A stretch of DNA of 60,607 bases, filler included, from Sphacelaria rigidula (Eukaryota), in NCBI GenBank assembly GCA_964200075.2. It is 5 parts of 5 records of this genome, joined end to end, with 100 filler letters (N's around TTAATTAATTAA, not from the genome) between each part and the next. Parts side by side here need not be neighbours in the genome. Positions count along the whole stretch, not along the records: positions 48,570 to 60,607 come from CAXNAA020004204.1; 4 more parts are not named here. The stretch is one strand, 5' to 3'. Shown here one piece after another: positions 51,501 through 60,607 of the stretch. Under the pieces are notes generated by a model. That model was not told where the DNA came from, searched no databases, and saw only the letters and a program-made list of their open reading frames with translations. The position numbers and the translations under genes were made by a program. Positions within the stretch are counted from its first letter, which is position 1, and each line of letters starts with the position of its first letter.

Positions 51501-53509
51501 TTAGCCAGTCCACATCATCAGCCGAATCACCACTGCTCAACCGCTCTCGACACTCTCGCCATCAAGTTGCTCCCGCCGTGACGCACGCAGGCACTGCAGG
51601 GCGCTCCTTCAGGGAACGCAACATCAACGACGGCGCAGCTTCTGCGCACCTTTCAGCCACTGTGGACGACACAATGCTCTCCGAGCTACGGCGACTGCAA
51701 GTACACACCAACGCGCTCCTACCAGATGTCGTGCACCAGACGTTTGGGACGGAATCAGTCGTGGAGTACGCCAACACAACTACGAACCTCTCGAGCTGTC
51801 CAGTGGGGGAGAAAAGCGAAAGAATCCCAAACACGTTCAATGAGGCCATGAGTCTCCCCGAAAAGGAACAATGGAAGGCGGCATCAGATAAGGAGATGGA
51901 GAGCCTAAGAAGAAATAACGTGTATACTCTAGTACCGTCAAGCTCCATCCCAACTGGACACAGGTTAATCGGGTCCCGATGGGTGTACAAGAAGAAAGCG
52001 GATTCCTCGCACAAGGCCCGAGTCGTCGTGCAGGGTTGGGGACAAGTCCCTGGCGTCGACTGTGACAGCACTTTCGCACCGGTCTCCAGAATCCAAAGCA
52101 TCCGCATGCTATTGCTGTAGCGGCGGAGTATGACTTCGAGTGTTGGCAACTGGACTATAACACCGGCTTTTTTGAACGCCGAACTCAAGAAAGAAGTTTA
52201 CGTCAAAATGGCGCCAGGTTACGAGGAGTTTGACGCCAATGGAACTCCGATGGTATTGCGGCTCCACAAAAGTCTCTATGGCCTCTGTCAAAGTCCAAAC
52301 TGCTGGTGGGGAACGGTCGACACACACCTGGCGGAGATTGGATTCAAGAGCCTCAAGTCGGACCCTTGCGTGTACATATACCGAGAGAGCGGCGACGTCT
52401 ACATTTCGGCTTTATACGTCGATGACGTCTTACTGCTTGGGAAATATGTCAAAGTTTTGGGGAGGATCAAGCATAACCTGATGGGACGTTTCTCGATGAC
52501 GGACACGGGAGATGTATCGTTAGTGCTGGGAATGGAGGTTGTTCGTGATCGCGTTAGGAAGACAGTCAGCATCAGCCAGAAAAGTTACACCAAGTCCCTC
52601 CTGGAACGATACGGAATGGCGAATTGCAACCCAGCATACACTCCTGGTGTGGGACAAGAACTATCACTGGACCAGCCGAGGGAGAAAGCTTTGAACGAGG
52701 AGGACAAAAAACGTTCCAGGCCATTACGGGCAGTGTGATGTCTCTCGCTCACGTGACACGCTACGACATTGGATACGCCGTGAATCAACTAGCGCGGGCG
52801 ATGTCCAATCCGTCGAAGGCGCATATGGCAGCTGCAAAGCACTTACTTCGATATTTGGCCGGCACTACAGATCATGTCATCACCTACAACCAGGGCGGTT
52901 GCCGATTGACGGCGTTCTCAGATGCGAACTGGGGTAACAAGCCAGACAACGGGAAGTCTACATCATCATCTCTTATTTTTCTCTCGAATGGCCCCATCAG
53001 TTTTAAGGTAGGACTACAAGGACTCACCGCACAATCAACGATGGAAGCAGAACTCGTGGTCGCTGCACTCACCATGAAGGAAGGCATATTTTGCTCGAAT
53101 ATGATGCGAGAGATGGGATTTGGCACACGCTTCGACTCAGTTCCTGTCTACATCGACAATGCTTCAACTCTCTACGTCGCAGGGAACCGAACTTACAGCT
53201 CCAGAGTCAAGCACGTAGCTCTACGGTACTTCTTCATTCAGGAATTAGTCAAGGAGGGAAGGATCGACATTCGTTACGTCAAGACCAAAGACCAACTCGC
53301 AGACATAGGGACCAAGTACCTCAGCAAACACAGGCACCGCCATCTCGTCAAGCTGATCAGCGCATTCAAAGTATGAGTACAGCCTGGTCGTAGCTTTGAG
53401 TTCTTATTTCGTACTTGAGTGCCGGGACGGTTGTACTGATGTGGGTGTTTGGAACTAGTACGTACTGCATTCAGGGGGAGTGTGAAGGGTTGAGAGTTAT
53501 ACTTGCGCT

Positions 53510-53518
53510 GAGGGGGAG
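53510..53518 (+). promoter_or_regulatory. Polypurine tract of Copia element
   Basis: GAGGGGGAG immediately before the LTR TG. Confidence 0.85.
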
Positions 53519-54041
53519 TGTTAGAAAATGAGGCTGTGGAGCCATGCTCTTCAACGCTTTGTATGGTATTGACTTTATATTTATGTAGTGTCGGATCGCA
53601 TGTACCGGTCACGAAGGTTTGGTCTGATATGGGGGCGTGTAATGTGGGATAGCAGTTGTTATACATGAAGTACTCTTCTCTTTGACCGTGTACCCCGGTG
53701 GGTTGCTTGTATCTGTCTTGCCCAGAAGCGGCACCTTGAACACTGTCTTCTGTCTACACTCCGAAGCAGCCTGTCTGCTTGCTTGGCTTAACTGCCATTG
53801 CGCCAACTCTAGCGACCACGACAAAGGGGCTCTGAGTGAATCCTTCAACACAATCTAGGGACGTTACAAGTGCGTTGTATGGGACAACCCGTACCACCCG
53901 CCACCCGTGTTGCGGCTCTCTCATACTCGCGGCTGTAAGCACAACAACCTCGTGCTTAGGGTGTAGGTTGGATTGGGGAAGGTCTTCGCATCGACATGGC
54001 TCCTTGAACATCCCCACCTCCTCCTCGACCCTCAGCTAACA
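53519..54041 (+). repeat. Copia 3' LTR (523 bp)
   Basis: Begins TGTTAG and ends CTAACA (6-bp inverted termini). Confidence 0.8.
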
Positions 54042-54799
54042 TTTACCCACGTTCGGAGCAGAAGTTTATCTACTTTTGTGAGCTTTCGACCCTAGCATCG
54101 TTAACTAATCACTCTGTCTTCCCTCGCATAGGGTGAGTCTCTAGGGAACGCAGCCTATCCTAGAGACGGTCCCCTAGTGTTCGGGGAGGCGGTCGGCCCT
54201 CCTTCAACCCTGTGAAGCCCAAGTTTCGAACATGATATTGTTCGGGAGACGTGTTTTTCGCCATGGCGGTCAAGGGCCCCCCGCGACCCAAAGTTGATGC
54301 CCACGGATGATTGTTTCGATACGTTCGCATTCGGAAATATAGTGTACGGTTCTGTACGAAGGAATCTTGTGTCCAGCGTGATCTTTCCTCCGGAGACCAA
54401 CTGGTCGCTGTACGAGCTTGTGGTGGGCAGTGCGTAGCACTCTCGCACAGTTTAGCTTCGATCACTTTCGCTGTGAGCAGCCTAACTGTACCCCAGCAAC
54501 TTGAACTCGGAGTAACACCTTGCTTGTGCACCCTTCATGGGTTATCATCGAAACACTGTATCGGGCGGAGGCTTGCTCTGTTCACCCAAGTTACAATTAG
54601 TATCAATCGCTCCTGAATATAAACCATGACAGTTGAACGGGGGAGCACTTCGCGGAGGACTGTCCGTTCGTCCTTCTCAGCGGTGTCCGGACTATGCAAG
54701 CGAGTTCAGAAACTGAACGTGGATTGGAAACGTGTGGGTAGGTTGTATCACCAACATGGATACGCGATAAACGGTCGTGCTTCCAGGGATCGTGCACAC

Positions 54800-57700
54800 C
54801 TGCCAAGTGTCTCTCCCTGTCGCCGCCGTGAAGCCTACGAACGCCCTTCCATGGTGCAGGCTTAGAGTGCTCTCCAGATTAAGTGGAATAACTAGACACG
54901 GCTCCTGAGCAAGTGGCGAACGGTTGGACATTGGCATCAAGCAAGTGCATACAAGTGTCTTTCCGATATCACTGGGAAGAACGCCAGGCGTGGGCTGGGG
55001 CAGCAAACGAATCGAATACTGTACACACACTTATACGCCGTTATCGGGGGCATTATCACAGTATCGGAGGGTATACGTAAAACGCGATGGGGGCGTTTCC
55101 ATGCACACCACTTTGCTCAAGGAAGGAAGATGCGGTGGAACACGACAGCGCAGCCTTTACAGTACTTTGTACCCTAATTAAACAGCTCGAGATCGAACTG
55201 CCCTGAAGTATTATGGCTAATTTGGTGAATCCCCAAGTCCGCACAGATTCGGAATAAGAAAGGCAATCCCATTCTCAGCTTGATCGGGCTGATGTGAAAG
55301 TTTCACGCGTAGCGCGTCCTTTGTTTCACGTTGGTGTTGCTGGATAAATCGTATTGCTGAATCGAGTCCAAGGCTCATTTAAGCACGGATATACAGTACA
55401 GTTGAATGAAAACTGGAGGGACACGTTAGGGGCATTTTAAGTCGGGATATAACAGCGGAACTCATGTGAAGGTTGTCAACGTACACGCTGAGGATCCCGA
55501 TGCCAGTTCCCCAGTCTGCCATCCTTCCCTAAGAGAACTCGTTGTTTGACATAAAGTGCCCTTATCAGTTTTGGGCAGGAAGGATATAACACGTTTTCGT
55601 AGATGGATGTGCTGATAAACCGAGAAGGATCTGCGACAACGGCTGGTCCATCTTGCCGCCGGACGACGCGTACACGAACGCAGGATAATGACTAAGAACC
55701 CTAGGCGAGCTGTACATGTTGAGAAACCGAATCCTCACATCCTCACTAATTCTAGGCTACTCACCAATCCTGATCATATCAAACGTAGGCTAAGTGACAT
55801 TGTGTTCAATGTTCTTTCTTATACTGGGACTGCCGCGTAACAATGGGGCGGACTCCTTTGGGACACAAACAGGCACCAGATGGTGCACGGCACCTGAGAT
55901 TACAAAACAAATCTCAACCGCACAGCGACGAAGTCTGCAGAGACCAGGACCGACTGAACAATATCCATGCTAAAGAAATGTAACAAGAAGAGGTTTTCGA
56001 ACATGTGTATTATGCAATGTGGCTGCCCACGAGGTTGTATTGGCCTACGATATAAACAAGAAAATATATTTTCGTATGTTAGTTCAGATGCAGTACCTTC
56101 GAAGTACATTGCGTTATGCCACGTTTATGACTGTTTCTGGCGGTGGTGAATGATCGAATGTTCTGAACCACTCCGTGATATATGAAATGCCTCGAAAACC
56201 ACGTACACAGCACTCTCGAAGCTTACTTGGCTTCCGCAGTGCTCTCATGGTGAACGGAAAGTACCCCACAGCGCCCACATTGGTAGCCAAAGTGTATTAG
56301 GCGCGTGCGCTCGACTGCACGAAATATAAAACAAAGTCGTGAACTTGAGCTGCGGTTTTCAATTCGACGCCACAAGCGATTGTCAAGCTGTTTATGTTTT
56401 ACACTGCGACGTTGATGCAAGACCATCGACGCATTGGAATGAACGTGTGATATCCAAGTGAAAAGCGCCACGTTCCCTGTGAGAATCTCGTCGAAATTAT
56501 CGACTTGGCTCACCAGCGTGCGCAGTGGCTTGGAAGGCATCCCCCCCGAAGATATCTTGCGGTCGCACTATTGGCCTGTACACAACCCTTGCCACTATCT
56601 CCCCGTCAGTAAGGTCGGGGACATTCGGCGTGGAGCCCAACGAGTAGGAGTCGTGAGCGCTGCCCGCATCTCTCCACCCCCTAAGTTTAATCAACGTATG
56701 TGAGAACCCTCGTATCAGCACCTTGCTTTTCTACATACTGTACGTAAATAGCAACACCACTAAACTAACTACACCATCCAGCCCTAACCCTGATGAATAT
56801 TCCAGATCTACCAGCGAGCCTGCATGTATTTTCTGCCTAGTTGCACAGAAACGAAGTCGCTACTGTTGTCGTACATTCTGAGGAAGCTCCCTGACTGTAA
56901 TGTGTGCTGATTCGAAAAATATTTTAGCTTGGAGCAGAGATGACGTTTGGGCTCTGTCCAAAATCCCTACAAAACGCGTTCGCTTGAGGCACAGCTGGAG
57001 AAAGCGGTTGTCCTATTGTACCATAGTCCAGTCGTACAATATCTTGCACAGTGTTAATGGTTCGAGTTCTACCGTCGTCGGCCACGAGTGACCCCGCGAG
57101 GTACGGGTGGTGGTGGTGGGGGGGTGTTGATTCCACGAAAACAGGAGTTGACGGATGTGTTACAGACCTCCGTACCCTCCCTATGAGCTTGTATGCCGCT
57201 ATGAAGCGGTGAGACTCATTATTAGTGCGTATTGTTGATACCGAGAGCACTCAAGTGAACCTTGCTGCCTGTATGGACCTCAAGTTTTCCTTAAGTTTTC
57301 CTCCTTCAAGTAAGAAACAGCTCGAACCCTCCACCCCGAATTTCCCCTGTCTTGGAAGCACTCCCACCCTGACCTAAGCTCCCATGTGTTGGAACTCTGG
57401 TTCAACGATGAGGGGAGGAAGGAGATATGCAAACGCTTGAGTACATCGGTATGCCGCATGCTCGTAAGTCGTCTATACCGAGGAAGATAGATCCAAGAGA
57501 ATCCGCGATACCGTAAATGTCAGGTATCTTATATCATATCTTGACCTCGTCTGGACGCTGACATGATTTTCGTAGGGCTCGAGCAAATCCGGGTTGTAGA
57601 ATGTGTCAAACTCCACCACCAGCATGTTCGATATGCCAACGTAGCCCATTCCCTGCAAACACACGACATATCAAACGGCATACATAAGTGCCGTGGGTGA

Positions 57701-58495
57701 GCGATGACAATGTCTTGTCTCAGATAGAGCACTGTTAAACGATACCTTGTCGGGATCCACCGCAGGACGAATTTGCCTATTCGAGTTTCCCTTCCAAAAT
57801 ATTGTCAGAAGCTGATGATACGTGTAAAGGGGTGAGTACCCACCGTGTCGTTCTCAAGAAGTCCCCACGGAAAGGTTCCAAAAGCGACTTGGTTTTCTTA
57901 TACGGTAAATACTACTAGTAGTACATTTCCATATGTTCGAATGTGTGCTCGTAAACATTACGTTGTAGTTAACGCTTTTGTCGTACAGAAAGATGAAAAA
58001 GTCATGTGCAACACGTGTATGTAAAGATGCATACGCCATCAGCAGTGTGCGTCTGATTGGATTTACATCTTCTCCACGGATAACCGACTTGACGGACGAC
58101 CGATGTCTTGCTGGAATCATGGTGAAGCACCCAAACAAGTAACACCACAGCAACGATAAAAGCAGCGCACACCGTTGAATCGGACGGAAGACGCTCATAG
58201 GTCGAGTGGCGATTCCCCCGCCCCTCCCCGGGCAGGAGCGAACATGCAAGATCATGAGTAAACCCTTCGCCCCCCCATTATTGATGACCGAATGGCGCTG
58301 CTCTTGCTCGTTTACCAAGGTCGTGTACTGTGTCCTCACCAAACCGCCGCTGCCCAGAGCCGTCGATCCCTCCCCCTGAACAACAAACGCCAGACCGTCT
58401 GCCCCCCTGGAGCGGCAGAACGTGTGAACCCCGTCCATGGTGTTTCATCGAAGGGACGGCGACCCGAGTCGGAGGGCAAACGTCGTGTCGAACCC
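54800..58495 (-). pseudogene. Legume/L-type lectin-domain gene, probably disabled
   Basis: Exons 58495-58340 (GFDTTF..R*NTMDGVHTFCRSRGADGLAFVVQ..LGSGGL), 57652-57546 (GMGY..VEFDTFYN..ENHVSVQT), 56680-56514 (RGWRD..PDLTDG..), candidate 55953-55924, 55528-~55466 (GRMADWGTGIGILSVYVDNLH), 54904-54800 (PLNL..GRAFVGFTAATG..WQ); GADGxAF, VEFDT and VGFTAATG are L-lectin motifs. Confidence 0.85.
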
Positions 58496-59509
58496 CTGAC
58501 GCAACCATGTCGAGGCGACGGAGAGGGACGTGGTGTTCAGAGTCGACATCTACACGCAAGCTTTAGATACATGGGCCGGTGTCTTCAACGGTCGGGTAGG
58601 TCGTTAGACTTATTCTGAGCAATTAAGACGACAATATGGATAGGTTCGTCAACCTCCCTTGTTTGTTAAGTCCTCACTGGTATTGTTGGATCATGCACTT
58701 TTGAAATCAACTAGTGTACCTACCCCTGACGAGGCGCCTAGGTCTTCCTATCCAAGGAGCTCCGCGATGGGGAAATAAAACGTACTGTAGCACAATAGAT
58801 GAGCAACGCAATACGATGAGCTAGATTTTTATTCGAATCGCATTTATCCCACTTGAAGACTACTTGGCAAGTATCTTCGTGCGGATTGAGGCGGGGGCCT
58901 AATGGCGTTCTTTGTGCTTGTTAGGTTATAATTCAATGGACACGCCTCTGCGGCCTACTGCTGCGACAGACACCATGGGGTTATGTTTGATTACCGCCAC
59001 ATATTTTGAGTTTTTTTTCTTCTGCGAAATGTCTGATTTCAGACACTGAAGACGCGAGGACATGAATAATGAAGATGGTCTGTTCATCTGACTGAGTTTG
59101 TTCGACGGGAGTCGACGCGGTGTGGCCGTAGTCATTGTCCAGTCCGCGATAACAACACATGAGGCGCTATACCGGGGCAGATATAGCTTGATCCCTTCAA
59201 ACCACAGGCTCGTGCCGAGGAGTAGGAGGAGTTAGAAGCGTGGCGGAACAAAATAGATGAACACTGAACCCTCATCACTTGCGTTTTGTCGTGCAGTGCA
59301 ACACTGAGAACATGGGAGAACAAACGAATGTGAACCACTGTCATTTTCAGTGATCCAAAAATTACGTATATATCTCGTGCGAAAGCAAGTTGTCGTGCGA
59401 TGGTTCTACAAGCGTCTCAAGAGAAAAAAAAAAGCAGAAAGAGTAGCTTCATATATCTTTTCTCGCGCCAAGTTTTTTCGAGTATCGCCTGAAAAAAAAT
59501 GACGCACAT

Positions 59510-59768
59510 GGCACTTTCTACGATAGCCCCCCCCTCCAAAAAGTGCCTGGTTTGGGGGGGCAAAATCTTCACGTAAATCGAAATGGAAAAAGCGGAGCAC
59601 AACGAGCAGCCGGGTATTCCCACGCTTGGGTTCGTTCTCGCCAGTGTCGCCCATATGAGGCGCTTCATGCAGTCTGAAGCCAACCACCAGGCGCTTTATA
59701 GTCAATTGTTTCGTGACACTTTTGGGCTGTTTTTTTTTTTTTTGGGGGGGGGTATCGTAGAAAGTGTC
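59510..59768. mobile_element. MITE family M5, complete copy with 4-bp TSD (ACAT)
   Basis: TIR GGCACTTTCTACGATA / TATCGTAGAAAGTGTC flanked on both sides by ACAT. Confidence 0.85.
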
Positions 59769-60607
59769 ACATATTGGTGCCCATTGTATGAGGAGCTGTG
59801 CCGCGTAACGCTCGCATTTTTGTCTCCTGGCGTCGAGATAGTCGGGTGTTTGATGGTTAGAAACTAATATTGACCACTTTCTATTCTACCGGGTTTTACA
59901 GAGAAGTACGGCACCACAGTACAGAATCAACAGTATGACGCAGCACGAGGTTGTTCAAACCATACTCTTCTTTTGGAATGCTTCGTGCTCATATCCCGAA
60001 AACTAGACGCGGGCAAACGCAAAACGAGCAAATGTTTCACATCGGAACATTCTGCGACACTACTGCAGCTTGTTTGTCACGGAGATTATTCTACAGGCTG
60101 TGCCGCTCGAGGCTGGAGGCGAAATAGACATCGTAATAGGTTTCCTGATCCCCGCACTAGCGCAGTCATGTCTCACAAGCCCACGCTGCGTCTTGAAGCA
60201 CAAGTCGGAGCCTTCTGTGTAGTATCCTCAAATCTGCTACAAACAATACGAACAATATCCGCCCCCATATTCAACAAATTTCATACCATGTCTGACAAGG
60301 ATGGTATTTTGGGAGGAAAGCATCGCCGCCCATTTTGGTCACGTCGCTATGTTCTCCTCGTCCCCCGCTATATTATGCTCAAAGTACTCGATATACATCA
60401 CGAGAGATGAATGTTGCGTTATCTCTGGTAGGATCAGCCGGAATTTTCAAGATTAAATAGGGTTCTTGAGATACTCATAGCTTCTGTTAGGATAGGGTCC
60501 AGGTCATAAACCCGTCGGCCTGAAGTTATTGAATGCGGGGCGCCCGGGGGCGGGGCGGGGGGGGGGGGGGGAGGGGTGTGGCTTTTGGGGTTTGTTTTTG
60601 TGTTTTG

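Larger units (their letters stand above)
48570..54041 (+). mobile_element. Degenerate Ty1/Copia LTR retrotransposon (gag-PR-INT-RT-RNase H, 3' LTR); 5' end lost at contig start
   Basis: Gag AWVVLQEKYDG; knuckle CHPCGKQGHIRRNC; PR VMVDSGAS; LWHRRMGH..CDIC; INT RLRADKGGEF; RT YVDDVLL; RNase H FSDANWG...QLADIGTK; several frameshifts and stops. Confidence 0.97.

Noticed and set aside
51562..52188. 208-aa antisense ORF in Copia
   Set aside because: Shadow ORF opposite the pol frame with no independent motif
54770..54799. Continuation of the lectin exon as VHDPWK after a 2-nt shift
   Set aside because: Resembles the expected VHDIxxW but needs two indels; CAG|GTGTGC is equally explained as a donor, so it is unresolved
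15516..58495. Functional cluster of MMADHC, HSP70 and lectin genes
   Set aside because: The three genes sit on different artificially joined contigs
58720..58790. Hammerhead ribozyme at CTGACGA (and other CTGANGA sites checked)
   Set aside because: No correctly placed stem II and GAAA core found

Overview
Eukaryotic, transposon-rich genomic DNA, most likely from a brown alga or a related stramenopile. That call is inferred from short GT-AG exons in long repeat-filled introns, a WVDD-type Gypsy RT and CCCTAA-type repeats. The window is not one locus: five ~12.04-kb contigs (12045, 12044, 12040, 12040 and 12038 bp) are joined by N44-TTAATTAATTAA-N44 linkers. Host gene pieces are two spliced 3' exons of a cobalamin-trafficking MMADHC/CblD homologue (minus strand), the last two exons of an Hsp70 ending in EEMN (plus strand), and a multi-exon legume (L-type) lectin gene (minus strand) with an in-frame TGA and a mutated splice donor. 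Mobile DNA includes a degenerate Ty3/Gypsy pol, a degenerate Ty1/Copia element with PPT and 3' LTR, the 5' end of a LINE (APE domain), tRNA-derived SINEs and many MITE/foldback families. The most unusual signals are a palindromic array of TIR units with tRNA-like Pol III promoter ends (10.5-11.0 kb), a ~70-bp core shared by otherwise different repeat families, the TGA in the lectin gene, and a dispersed decayed ORF of unknown identity. No CRISPR array, rRNA or intact tRNA was seen.
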